Part shown: one piece after another, positions 15,693-26,400 of the stretch | Layout: every line of letters begins with the position of its first letter | Numbering within the stretch: the stretch's first letter is position 1 | NCBI GenBank assembly: GCA_013152815.1 | Contig: JAADFO010000026.1 | Coordinates: 1 to 38,893, forward strand | Source: Nanobdellati archaeon | GTDB lineage: Archaea; Nanobdellota; Nanobdellia; Woesearchaeales; JAADFO01 | Length of the DNA: 38,893 bases | Direction: 5' to 3' | Translations under genes and position numbers: made by a program | Notes under the pieces: model-generated | What the model was told of the DNA's origin: nothing | The model's input: only the letters and a program-made list of their open reading frames with translations | Database searches by the model: none

Positions 15693-16640
15693 TCAGACGC
15701 CGCCGTTGCTTTCCACATACTTCTCTGCCATGAGCGCTGCCTTACAGCCGGACCCTGCCGCGGTGATGGCCTGCTGGTAGACCGGGTCCGCAACGTCGCC
15801 GCCGACAAAGACACCCTCGACGCTCGTCCTGACCTCGTCATGGACCTTGATGAACCCCTTCTCGTCCAGGTCGACAAATCCCTCGATGAATTTGGTGTTG
15901 GGGATGTGGCCGATACCCAGGAACATCCCGTCGACCTTGAGTTCAGAAAGCTTGTCGGTCTTGGTGTTGCGTAGCCTGAGGCCGGTGACACCCACCTCAT
16001 CGCCGAGGACCTCTTGGACAACGCTGTTCCAGACCACCTCGATCTTGCTGTTTTCTTTGAGCCGGTCCTGCATGATCTTTGATGCTCTGAGCGCATCGCG
16101 CCGATGCACGAGATACACCTTGTTGGCGAATTTGCTCAGGGTCCCTGCCTCTTCTATGGCAGCGTCGCCTCCTCCGATCATGGCGACCTCTTTGTCCTTG
16201 TAGAAGAAGGCATCACAGGTCGCGCAGGTGGAGACGCCACGGCCCACATATTTCTGTTCAGAAGGCAGCCCGAGCATCCTTGCGTTCGCACCGGTGCAGA
16301 GGATGATTGTTTTGGTCTTCATGCTTCCCTTTCCATGGAACACCTCGAATCCGCCGTCGATCTTCGTTATCTTGTCTGCGGTACCGGCGATGAACCCTGC
16401 ACCGAACTTCTTTGCCTGCTTCCGGGCATGCTCTATGAGTTGAGGGCCCTTGATGCCGTCGGGGAAACCAGGGAAGTTCTCCACCTCGGTGGTGAGCATC
16501 AGCTGCCCCCCTTCTTCAAGACCTCCGAACACTTTCGGGAAGAGGTTTCCTCGTGCCGCATAGATCGCTGCCGTCAGCCCGGAGATGCCGGCTCCTATGA
16601 TGACGACGTTTTCCATTCCTGTCGTGGTTCTTTCTTCCAT
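15693..16640 (-). CDS. trxB: Thioredoxin reductase
   Basis: GAGISG, GGQL...EVENFPGF, GVSTCATCD, GGGDAA.EE, HRRD, GDV...QAITAAGSG; start chosen by the GGTGAT SD. Confidence 0.96.
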   Translation of the reverse strand: MEERTTTGMENVVIIGAGISGLTAAIYAARGNLFPKVFGGLEEGGQLMLTTEVENFPGFPDGIKGPQLIEHARKQAKKFGAGFIAGTADKITKIDGGFEVFHGKGSMKTKTIILCTGANARMLGLPSEQKYVGRGVSTCATCDAFFYKDKEVAMIGGGDAAIEEAGTLSKFANKVYLVHRRDALRASKIMQDRLKENSKIEVVWNSVVQEVLGDEVGVTGLRLRNTKTDKLSELKVDGMFLGIGHIPNTKFIEGFVDLDEKGFIKVHDEVRTSVEGVFVGGDVADPVYQQAITAAGSGCKAALMAEKYVESNGGV

Positions 16641-16782
16641 GAGCATCACCTTTGCTTGTTTTGTGCATTCGTTGATTTGTTGCGGGTCGTGACCCGCGGA
16701 GCACAGAGGCATCTGTCAGCCGGGGGCATGTCCTGTGGAACCGGCGCCCTCGTGGATGCCCGCCGGATATCCTGGCAGGCAA

Positions 16783-17313
16783 TCAGGGACGCAGCCACTT
16801 GATCTCCCAATAGCTTACATCGCCCTCGTCGTCAACGACACCGATGAGAAGGCGCTTCTTGGTGGAATGAGCGACGCGATTCTTCGCCGCGAACTCATGC
16901 CATGTGAGGGAGGATGTTTCGGCCACGGGATAGACGACCCAGCGAGCATGGTCCTCTCCGGGCTTGATGCCCCGGTCATAGACCCGAAAATCCGCCCCGA
17001 ATTTCAGCGCGGTCTTGACTATGTAACCTCTTTTCCGCAGGTCTGCGAATACGGCGTAGCGGGTATCGAAATTTGCCGTCATCTTTCGCGCCTTTCGAAG
17101 GAACTGGGTTTCATTCATTCGTCGGCCGCTCTTTCCGTGGATGGTGATGCGGCCTTTTTGGAGCAGGAAAAGCGCGTCGAAAAGCGAAAGGTTGACTTTC
17201 TTCCCCTGTATCGCGCCGAAACGTGACTGGTTGTAGAGCTCCCTTGCCTCGTCGCCTTCTTCTGTTAAGACGCCTGCCTCCAGAAGCGTGCTTTTCACGA
17301 TGGTCTTCACCAT
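16783..17313 (-). CDS. endA: tRNA-splicing endonuclease (single-unit, alpha4-type size)
   Basis: DLRKRGYIVKTALKFGADFRVY..G.....HA, RVAHSTKKRL; Tyr/His/Lys triad present; 176 aa. Confidence 0.95.
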   Translation of the reverse strand: MVKTIVKSTLLEAGVLTEEGDEARELYNQSRFGAIQGKKVNLSLFDALFLLQKGRITIHGKSGRRMNETQFLRKARKMTANFDTRYAVFADLRKRGYIVKTALKFGADFRVYDRGIKPGEDHARWVVYPVAETSSLTWHEFAAKNRVAHSTKKRLLIGVVDDEGDVSYWEIKWLRP

Positions 17314-17518
17314 ATCTTCACCATAATATCACCGATATGTGCATAACGATGCATGAGTGCATAACAACGCAAGACAGGGTTACATTTATAAAGCTTATTA
17401 AACTTAATCGTGTTGGCCAGTGAATACCGCAAACGACATAGGCAGGTGAGCCAGCACAAAAAAGAACAGAAAAGAACAGAGAACGAAGAACAGGAAAGAA
17501 CAGAACGGCGTGAATACC

Positions 17519-18409
17519 ATGAAACTGACCTTCCTCGGGACATCCTGCATGGTGCCCACCAAAGAACGGGCCCAGACGGCGATGGTCCTCGAACACAAAG
17601 GAGAGTATCTGCTCATCGATAGCGGCGAGTCTGTTCAGCGGCAGTTCAAGCTTGCGGGGATGAAACCGAGCAAGATAGGGCGGATCCTGCTGACGCACTG
17701 GCACGGGGATCATGTCTTGGGTCTGCCTGGTCTGCTTCAGACGCTTTCGGGATCCGGGCACAAAGGGACACTCGTCATCTATGGCCCGCCAGGCATCAAG
17801 GAGAAGATTGCGCTGATGCTCCGGCTGTATGAGTTCGATAACAAGTTGACCATCAGGGTCGAAGAAGTGCAGAAAGGGGTGTTCTATGAGAACAGGGAAT
17901 ATGCCCTTGAGGCGATCCCTCTCCGGCACCGGATCGCGTGTAATGGCTATGCCTTCCATCTGAAAGACCGACGAAGGATTGATATGAAAAAAGCAGAAGC
18001 GCTGGGCCTGAAAGAAGGCCCACTCCTGGGTGAACTTTCCGTCGGTAAGAACGTCACCCTGGCAGGAAGAGAGATTTCGCCGGATGACGTGACCTATGTG
18101 GTAAAGGGAAAGACCGTGGCGTTCATCTTCGATACCCTGCTTACCGACGCTGCCTGCCGGCTTGCCAAGGATGCCGACATTCTCGTCTGCGAAGCGGTCT
18201 ATACCTCGGACCTTGAGGATAAGGCCAGGGAGCACCAGCACCTCACCGCAGCCCACGCCGCGACCATCGCGAAGAGAGCAGGTGTCAAGAAACTCATCCT
18301 CAGCCACCTTTCCCAGCGTTACAAGGACAAGGCCGTCCTGCTCAAGGAAGCGAAAGCCATCTTCAGTAACACGATGACGGCCAAAGACTTCATGACCCTC
18401 ACCATCTAG
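17519..18409 (+). CDS. rnz: Ribonuclease Z
   Basis: FLGTS..VPT.ER, THWHGDH, exosite GP motif, DT, EA.Y, HLT, HLSQRY. Confidence 0.95.
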   Translation: MKLTFLGTSCMVPTKERAQTAMVLEHKGEYLLIDSGESVQRQFKLAGMKPSKIGRILLTHWHGDHVLGLPGLLQTLSGSGHKGTLVIYGPPGIKEKIALMLRLYEFDNKLTIRVEEVQKGVFYENREYALEAIPLRHRIACNGYAFHLKDRRRIDMKKAEALGLKEGPLLGELSVGKNVTLAGREISPDDVTYVVKGKTVAFIFDTLLTDAACRLAKDADILVCEAVYTSDLEDKAREHQHLTAAHAATIAKRAGVKKLILSHLSQRYKDKAVLLKEAKAIFSNTMTAKDFMTLTI

Positions 18410-18469
18410 GGCGGAGCGTTCGTATTTCCCGGGGAGCGGACAGGAGAAACAACGAAACGGTCAGGAGCA

Positions 18470-18679
18470 TCATTTAGAAGCGAGCTTGATATCCACTGCC
18501 TTGACCGTCTTTCTTCCGGCGTGCTGCGCATATTTCCACGCCTCTGCGCCGATGTCCAGGGCCATCTCTTCAAGCGTCTCTTTCAGTGCTGCTTTTGCGT
18601 CGTCAGACACCCTGGCGGCTCCCGCCTGTTTCAGCAGTTTTTCCATCGCCGCCAGGGGGAGCGTTCTTTTGGAAACCAT
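18470..18679 (-). CDS. Archaeal histone (HMf family)
   Basis: LPLAAMEKLLKQAGAARVSDDA...AQHAGRKTVKAVDI. Confidence 0.95.
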   Translation of the reverse strand: MVSKRTLPLAAMEKLLKQAGAARVSDDAKAALKETLEEMALDIGAEAWKYAQHAGRKTVKAVDIKLASK

Positions 18680-18747
18680 GTTCAATCATGACCTAAAGGA
18701 AATGCTTATATAAAATTTTCGTTCAGGAGTGTGAAGGGTGGTTGAAT

Positions 18748-19179
18748 TTGAGCAAACATTCACAGAGAAAACGGATAGGCACCCTGGCCGAGAATGATCT
18801 GCTGGGTCGTTTCTGGGACCATGGATTTGCTGCGATACGCAGCGCCGGTTCGGGTTCCATGCGCCACCCCGGTCCGGATCTGCTCGTGGGGAAGGGCCGA
18901 AGGGTGTTTGCTGTGGAGTGCAAGAAGACCAAAGAGAAGGTGAAGTATCTTCCCAAAGAAGAGATGGATGCGCTCCTCTCGTTTTCTCGGCTCTTCGGAG
19001 CAGAATCCTATCTTGCTGTCCAGTTCGGTTCGGATGACTGGTTGCTGGTCGCTCTGGAGGATCTCGACCAGACCGGACGGAGTTATCGCATCACGAAAGA
19101 GAAGGCGACGCTGAAGGGCCTCTCTGTTGAGGAATTGGCCCGGTTCGTGGTCGAGTTTGATCTGGAACCTGCTTCCTGA
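18748..19179 (+). CDS. hjc: Holliday junction resolvase Hjc
   Basis: G...E..L......GFAAIRSAGSG, PDLL, VECK; TTG start (18742 or 18748). Confidence 0.92.
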   Translation: MSKHSQRKRIGTLAENDLLGRFWDHGFAAIRSAGSGSMRHPGPDLLVGKGRRVFAVECKKTKEKVKYLPKEEMDALLSFSRLFGAESYLAVQFGSDDWLLVALEDLDQTGRSYRITKEKATLKGLSVEELARFVVEFDLEPAS

Positions 19180-19278
19180 AGAAAGTGATGCAACAGGAGC
19201 GGCCCAGGACAGAAAGAAGGATGAGAAAAAGAAAAAAGGAGAAACCAGAGGAAAAAGAGCGCCTGCGACATGCAAATC

Positions 19279-19515
19279 TCAGCGTCGTTTCTTCGCCCTT
19301 TTCTTCGGCTTCTTTCTTGGCGCCACTCTTCTTTCGATCTTCCGTTCTTCCGCCTCGATCTTCAGCTCTTCTCTTTCGAGCCGGGTCACGATCTTCGTCA
19401 TGTTGATATCGATGCGGGCGATCCTCCGCTCCAGCATGACCAAAATTCTGAGGCTGTACACTATCGCCGCCAATGTACCGATGATAATGCTTAAGATAAC
19501 TGCCAGGATATCCAT
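19279..19515 (-). CDS. Small single-TM coiled-coil protein with basic tail
   Basis: GGAGGTG SD before ATG 19515; MDILAVILSIIIGTLAAIVYSLRILVMLERRIARID...KKRAKKRR. Confidence 0.75.
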   Translation of the reverse strand: MDILAVILSIIIGTLAAIVYSLRILVMLERRIARIDINMTKIVTRLEREELKIEAEERKIERRVAPRKKPKKRAKKRR

Positions 19516-19525
19516 TTTGAGACGC

Positions 19526-20683
19526 ACCTCCCTCTTTTTTCCGTTGGAACAACAATCATGGGTTTGTTCGGTCTGTTGCATGGCTGCAGCGAACAGACTC
19601 ATTCTTTTAAAAGAAGGCTCATATAAAAATCTTTCTCTTTTTGTCTTCAGTCGGTTAAGACACAGACACCTTTGTTTCCTGTGGAGGAGAGGTAGAGGGG
19701 TGGGGGTTGGTCTTGTCTGCCTCTTCTGTTGGTTCGGCAGAAAGGTGTGCTCGGAGCAGAGCTAAAAAAGGAGAGGGCTAAAAGGAGATAGCTGAAAAAA
19801 GAGCGGACACAGAGTAGGCACCGGACGATAGAACGCACAGCATGTGAATCGACGCAGTCTCTGGTTATTTATTATCAATTATTATCAATTATTCATTTAT
19901 TATCATTTATTACCGTGTTATTTTATGTTCATCATTTATGTTCAACAGATCATAAAACAGTCACATCATTATTTCATATTATTGTTTTTTTCATATTATT
20001 GTTTTATATTATTAATATTAATTATTAATATCCCTTTTTCACAGCATTAACATCACCACATCACATATGTTATAAACTATATATTGTGAGTCACATATTA
20101 TGAGACATACCACATAGATTACACATCACATCTTATATATTATACTATATACATCATACTATATATATTATACTATACATTACATATATTATATATTATA
20201 TATTATATATTATTATTTACAATATAGAAAGAAAAAGAAGAGAGGAAAAAAGAAGAAAGAAAGACAAAAAAGAGAAGAAAAAGAAGAAAAAGAAGGACTA
20301 AAAGAAAAAAGAGAGAACAGGAAAACAAGAAAACCGAAAGAGAAAAAGAAAAGAACGAACAAGAAAGAAGGACACCAATGATACGAGATGTCTGATGTCT
20401 GATACCAAAATACCTGAATGGAACCAAAAGGAAAAAAACAGATGAAAAAATGAACAGAAGAAACAAAAGGTGAGACAGAAAAGAAAAAGACGTGAAGACG
20501 AGGGAAACAGGACACGACCAATACAACAAACCGGTGATGCAGCGAACAGCAGGAAAGACACATTCAAAAAAAAAACAGAGAGAGACCACCACCCACCCAC
20601 CTATTCCACAGGAAACCAAGGGGTGGGGCTTTTTTGGTCAAATGGAAAAATATATATATGCTTGAGAAAACCGGACAACCCCC
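19526..20683. other. Probable replication origin (oriC): ORB elements around an AT-rich unwinding element, directly upstream of cdc6
   Basis: About 1.1 kb non-coding; very AT-rich core ~19860-20225. ORB-like TTCCACAGGAAACCAAGGGGTGGGG (20604-20628, +), CTCCACAGGAAACAAAGGTGT (19686-19666, -) and GTTCCAACGGAAAAAAGAGGGAGGT (19550-19526, -). Confidence 0.85.
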
Positions 20684-21886
20684 ATGGGTGAACTGAAGAC
20701 ATTTTTTGAGACCTTCTTGACAAAGAAATCCCTTTTTATCAACAAGAAAGCCATACAGGCCCACTTCATGCCCGGTGAAGTTCTCCACAGGGACGAGCAG
20801 ATCCAGGTCATAGCAAACACGCTGGCCCCTGCTCTCCGCATGGAGAAGCCGTCAAACCTTTTCATCTACGGAAAGACCGGGTCAGGAAAGACACTCTGTG
20901 TCAAGCACGTCATCCAGCAGATGAAAGAGGTGGCTGCGCAGAAGGAATTGCCCCTCCAGATAATCTATCTTAACTGCAAGCTCAAAAAAGTGGCAGACAC
21001 AGAGTATCGGATGGTCGCGCAACTGGCAAGGGAGACCGGAAAAGAGATACCGCCGACAGGGCTTCCTACAGATGAGGTGTATGGTATCTTCTTCAATGCC
21101 ATAGACCAGAAGAGACAGGCGGTACTTATCGTCCTTGATGAGATCGACCAGCTGGTAAAAAAAGCCGGGGACGAGCTTCTTTACAATTTTACCAGGATAA
21201 ACGGAGACCTGAAAAATGCTCACATATCTCTTGTCGGTATTTCCAATGATCTGGTATTCATCGATCTTCTGGACCCACGCATCAAGAGTTCGCTTTCAGA
21301 GGAGGAGCTGGTGTTTCCTTCCTACAACGCATTGCAGATAAAGAGCATCCTCAAGAAGAGAGCGAAGATCGCTTTCAAGGAAGGGACACTTCAACCGGGC
21401 GTTATAGAGAAGTGCGCAGCCTATGCGGCAAGAGAGCATGGTGACGCCCGCAGGGCACTGGAACTCCTTCGGGTTGCCGGTGAATTGGCAGAGCGGCAGG
21501 AACAGGAGACCGTTTCCATAGCAAACCTCGACAAGGCAGAGGAAAAGATAGAGAAAGACAGGGTGAATGAGCTTGTGGAGACCCAGCCAAAGCACCACAA
21601 GGCCGTCCTCTATGCGAGCCTTGCTCTGCCCAAGCAAAGCGGCCAGCCGGTCTATACCGGGGACGTCTATGAGCTCTATCGGGATATCTGCAAGCGCGTC
21701 GGTCTGCGTCCGCTGACCCAACGCCGCGTGAGCGACGTCCTTTCCGAACTGGACATGACAGGCATCCTCAACGCAAAGGTCATCTCCAAGGGACGCTACG
21801 GGCGGACGAGAGAGATCAGCCCAGGAATCCCCCGTTCGATGAAGAACAAGACGCTTTCCTTTTTACAGGACGCACTGAACCTCTGA
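20684..21886 (+). CDS. cdc6: Orc1/Cdc6 replication initiator
   Basis: HRDEQI, Walker A GKTGSGKT, LDEID, GDARRA, winged-helix ISKGRYGRTR; TATATATA about 25 nt upstream. Confidence 0.97.
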   Translation: MGELKTFFETFLTKKSLFINKKAIQAHFMPGEVLHRDEQIQVIANTLAPALRMEKPSNLFIYGKTGSGKTLCVKHVIQQMKEVAAQKELPLQIIYLNCKLKKVADTEYRMVAQLARETGKEIPPTGLPTDEVYGIFFNAIDQKRQAVLIVLDEIDQLVKKAGDELLYNFTRINGDLKNAHISLVGISNDLVFIDLLDPRIKSSLSEEELVFPSYNALQIKSILKKRAKIAFKEGTLQPGVIEKCAAYAAREHGDARRALELLRVAGELAERQEQETVSIANLDKAEEKIEKDRVNELVETQPKHHKAVLYASLALPKQSGQPVYTGDVYELYRDICKRVGLRPLTQRRVSDVLSELDMTGILNAKVISKGRYGRTREISPGIPRSMKNKTLSFLQDALNL

Positions 21887-21897
21887 AGGGCCATACT

Positions 21898-23454
21898 GTG
21901 CTGCAACCCAGCAAGCAGCCCGCCACGAGGGACCCTCACATGATACCCACGGAGCATAAGGAGCAGACAGAGACAGGCGACTCTGCAGAGGAAGCCCTCG
22001 GCCTGATCCGAAAGAAGCTGATCAGCGTCTTTTTCCAACGGCAATTCCTTCTTCCGCCAGAGGTCATCAGGAGCATCAATGAGAGACAGGCCCGCGAGCT
22101 TTCTGCGCTTCTTGCCGATGAGACCCTGACGCAGAAGCAGATAGACCTGTTTCTGCAGGAGAATTATGCTGATGTGCTTCCTCCGCGGCGGGGCAAGGTC
22201 AAGGTACTGCGTTCCTATGTCAAAGATTCAAAAAAACGCGAGGTCAAGGACTTTGTCCAGTATTTCAACGCGAGATATCGCTTCTTGTCCCAGCTCCTCC
22301 GGGGAAGGCAGGAACTCAGATCAGCGACTGCCATCAGCAGGATACAGGGAACAGGAGAGCGCGAGCCGGTCGTGTTCATCGGCTGTCTCTATGAAAAACA
22401 AGAGACAAAGAACCACAACATCATCCTGACGCTGGAAGACCCGACAGGAAAAGCCACTGTCCTGGTCTCTAAATCCCGGCAGGAACTCTTCGGGAAGGCG
22501 AAATCCCTGGTCCACGACGAAGTCATAGGCATCACAGGCATACAGGGAAAAGGGATCATCTATGCCAACAGCATCACCTGGCCGGATATCCCGCTCAACA
22601 AAGAGATGAAGAAGTCGCCGGTCGAGGAGTACGCCATCTTCCTTTCTGATCTGCATATCGGGTCGGTCGATTTTCTGAAGGAGCCGTTCGAACGTTTCAT
22701 CGCATGGCTCAACGGACAGGTGGGCGACGAGGAACAACGCCAGAGGGTGAAGAAGATCAAGTACGCTTTCATAGTCGGAGACATGGTGGATGGCATAGGC
22801 ATCTACCCCCGGCAGGAATCCGAACTGCTCATCCCGGAGATAACAGGACAATACGATGAACTCACAAGATATCTCAGACGTTTTCCGCCGCACATCTCCA
22901 TCATCATCTGTCCCGGCAACCACGATGCCACACGGCTGGCCGAGCCGCAGCCGCCCATCTATGCCGACCTTACCCGGGAGCTCTATGCACTGGACAATGT
23001 CATCATGGTATCGAACCCTTCCATGATCCGTATCGGCGAGCAGGAGGGGTTTGCCGGTGTGGACGTCCTTCTCTACCATGGCTATAGCTTTGATTATTAT
23101 ATCGCGCACGTGGACCATATACGGAACCAGGGAGGGTATGACCGGGCAGACCTGGTCATGAAGTTCCTTCTGCGCAGGCGTCATCTCGCTCCGGCGCACT
23201 CGTCCACACTCTATGTCCCGGTGGCTCCGGACCCCCTGGCCATCACCGAGGTGCCCGACATCTTCGTCTCCGGCCACATACACAAAGCATCTGCTTCGCA
23301 CTATCGCAATGTCACGCTCTTGAGCGGGTCCTGCTGGCAGCGGACGACCTCGTTCCAGAAGAAGGTCGGGCATCATCCCGAGCCGGCAAGGGTGCCCATG
23401 GTCAATCTCCAGAGCCGTGGAGTGAAACTTCTCCGTTTCATGGACGATGAATGA
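21898..23454 (+). CDS. polB: DNA polymerase D small subunit DP1
   Basis: OB fold (LEDPTG), SDLHIGS, GDMVDG.GIYP.Q, PGNHD, YHG, RHLAP, GHIH; start approximate. Confidence 0.95.
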   Translation: MLQPSKQPATRDPHMIPTEHKEQTETGDSAEEALGLIRKKLISVFFQRQFLLPPEVIRSINERQARELSALLADETLTQKQIDLFLQENYADVLPPRRGKVKVLRSYVKDSKKREVKDFVQYFNARYRFLSQLLRGRQELRSATAISRIQGTGEREPVVFIGCLYEKQETKNHNIILTLEDPTGKATVLVSKSRQELFGKAKSLVHDEVIGITGIQGKGIIYANSITWPDIPLNKEMKKSPVEEYAIFLSDLHIGSVDFLKEPFERFIAWLNGQVGDEEQRQRVKKIKYAFIVGDMVDGIGIYPRQESELLIPEITGQYDELTRYLRRFPPHISIIICPGNHDATRLAEPQPPIYADLTRELYALDNVIMVSNPSMIRIGEQEGFAGVDVLLYHGYSFDYYIAHVDHIRNQGGYDRADLVMKFLLRRRHLAPAHSSTLYVPVAPDPLAITEVPDIFVSGHIHKASASHYRNVTLLSGSCWQRTTSFQKKVGHHPEPARVPMVNLQSRGVKLLRFMDDE

Positions 23455-26400
23455 TGCCCGCAGGGAAACAGAAGACACGATGACGAAACAAACGCAGAGC
23501 ACGCCGGCGTCGCCGGAGATGGAAGCCTATTTCCAGGGGATGGACATCGAAGTGAACAAGCTCTATGCTCTGGCAGGAAAGGCACGCGCCCAGGGATTTG
23601 ATCCTGAGGACAAGGTCAGCATCTTCCTCGCCGAGAACATGGCCCAGCGGGTAGAGGGGCTCCTCAGCATCGCCTATCCGCAGCTCAAAGGGACAGGACT
23701 GAACCGCCGCATTGAAGAGCTGGAGAAGAAGTATGGTGCCCTGGCGTGGGAAGTGGCCCTGGTGATCGCGGAAGAGGTGGCCAAAGAGAAGTTCTGCAGC
23801 TTCACCGACAGGAAGGAGGCGTTGGAAGCAGGCATACGTGCAGGGTTTGCGTATCATACGGTGGGCATTGTTTCTGCTCCGCTGGAAGGGTTTATCGAGT
23901 TGCGTATCAAGCGCAGAAAGGACGGGAAAGAGTATCTGGCCCTTTCCTTTGCAGGTCCGATCAGGGGTGCCGGCGGCACCGGCGCGTCGGTCTGCGTCCT
24001 CATCGGCGACTATCTTCGGGGCATCATGGGGTTTGCTGCCTACGATCCTGGTGAAGATGAGATAAACCGGTTCATCATCGAGCTGGACGACTATCATGAG
24101 CGGATCACCAACCTGCAATACCACCCGAGCCCGGAGGAGCTGGGTTTCCTGGTCTCCCACCTGGCCGTCGAGATCGACGGCGAACCGTCTGAGCGGATAG
24201 AGGTCTCCAATTACAAGGACCTGCCCCGGGTTGAGACCAACAAGATACGTTCGGGGGTCTGTCTTGTCCTTTCGATGCTTGCCCTGAAGGCCCCGAAGCT
24301 TCGGAAACGCCTCAAGAAGTGGGGTGCCGACTTTCATCTGGACTGGGATTTTTTGCATGACTTCCTCATCATACAGAAGAAGGCGAAAGCAGGAAGCGGC
24401 ACAACCCAGGGGAACAGTGAATCACCGCGTCTGTCTCCCAATTATACCTACATCGCCGACCTGGTCGCGGGCCGTCCGGTCCTTTCCAATCCCATGGAGC
24501 CGGGTGGTTTCCGTTTGCGTTACGGAAGGACAAGGGCGACAGGATTCAGCGCTGCAGCAATCCATCCGGGGACAGCCCACCTTTTCTATGATTATATAGC
24601 GACAGGCACCCAGCTCAAGGTCGAGCGTCCGGGAAAAGCGGCTGCCATCACGTTCTGTGATGCCATCGAAGGGCCCATCGTCAAGCTCTTTGACGGGTCT
24701 GTGGTGAAGATAACGAGCGAAGACCAGGCCAGACGTCTCGCCATGAAAGTCAAGGAGATACTTTTCCTGGGGGACATCCTCTTTTCCTATGGAGATTTCT
24801 CAGAGAACGGTCACCTGCTCATCCCGGCGGGCTACAACCAGGAATGGTTTGTCAAGGACTTTGAGAAGGGGATCGTCGACCTGTTCGGCTCCCTGGACCT
24901 GGAGAAGGCTGCCGCCCACCTCCGTATTCCTTTTGCCCATCTTCTCCGTCTTCAGAAGCGCCCTCTGGTGACGCGGCTTTCGCTCTTTGCTGCCGTCCGT
25001 TTCGCCTCTGCACTGAACATCCCGCTTCATCCGGACTTCCTTTTCCATTGGAACGCCATCTCTTTGAAGAGTCTTGCAACTCTCCTGGACGCTTTTGCGG
25101 CAGACGCTTCGGCCGGAGAACCAGGAGGCGTCCTGTCCTATGACCCCCTCCATCATCGTTATGTCATGAAAACTTCAGGCGATGTCAAGCGCATACTTGA
25201 GCTGATGGGTGTTCCCCATGGTGTCGACGAGAACCTGGCATCCCTGCTCTTGGGGCGGGACACCCTGCATTCGCTTCTGATCGCGCTCGGTCTTGTGGAA
25301 CTGGCCGATCTGGAGATGTCCGGTTCAGAGGAAGAGATCCTGCGCAGGGTCGGTCCGCTGGCCGAGAGGCGTCTCCGTGTCCTGGATGCCATCATCAAAG
25401 ACAAGGAAAAGAAGGACACGAAGACCTTCTCGCTTGTTGAGCAGTGGTCGACGATCCGGCTGAAAGATAAATCAGGGACCTTTATCGGTGCCAGGATGGG
25501 GCGGCCGGAGAAGGCAAAGCAGCGCAAGATGACCGGTTCGCCCCACACGCTCTTCCCCGTGGGGGAAGAGGGCGGCAGATTGCGCAGCTTCCAGGCGGCC
25601 ATGGCCAGCGGAAAGGTCACTGCGGATTTTCCATGGTATGTTTCAGAGACCGGGGAGGAAGAGCTGTTCAAGCACAATGCAGAGACCGGCAAGCGGAATG
25701 AGCAGCGGTTCATCACCGACGACGGGAGGTTGCTCCCGAAGAAGGAAGCTGAAAAATACGGGAACTGCGCGTCCTTCTCGCGCCGCGCCATCAACATCAA
25801 CCAGCTCTTCCGGAAGACCCTGAAACAGCTGGGGATGTCGGTCTATCCCGATCTCATCAAGGGCGTGAGAGGGACGGCGAACAAGGACCACATCCCTGAA
25901 CATCTTGCGAAGGGCATACTCCGGGCGAAGAACAACATCTTCGTGAACAAGGACGGCACGACCCGGTATGATATGTCCGAGGTGCCGCTGACCCATTTCA
26001 AGCCCCGGGAGATAGGGACGTCCATCGAGAGGCTCAAGGGGATAGGGTATACCCATGATGTCGACGGCAAAACGCTGGTCTCCGACGACCAGGTCATCGA
26101 GCTCAAGCCGCAGGACCTGGTCCTTCCCGGCGGAAAGAGCACCGATGAGTCTGCTGACCAGGTCCTCTTCAAGGTCGGCGGTTTCATCGATGACCTTCTG
26201 GTGAAGCTCTATGGGTTGCCGCCCTATTACAGGTTCCGGACGAAGAAGGACCTTGTGGGTACTCTGGTGATCGGTCTTGCTCCGCACATCTCTGCAGGGC
26301 TCATCGGAAGGATCATCGGTTTCAGCAAGACCCAGGGGTGTTTTGCCCATCCTCTTTGGCATGCGGGTCTGCGGAGGGATTGCGACGGCGATGAGGCCTG

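Noticed and set aside
16650..16782. GC-rich intergenic hairpins between endA and trxB (also 27955-28030 and 28900-28995) as tRNA/ncRNA
   Set aside because: No cloverleaf, T-loop or box C/D pattern found; only short stems.
19844..20619. ORFs 19844..20050 +, 20203..20619 -, 20213..20563 -, 20298..20600 -
   Set aside because: Low-complexity F/L/S/I/Y translations of the AT-rich and purine-skewed origin DNA.
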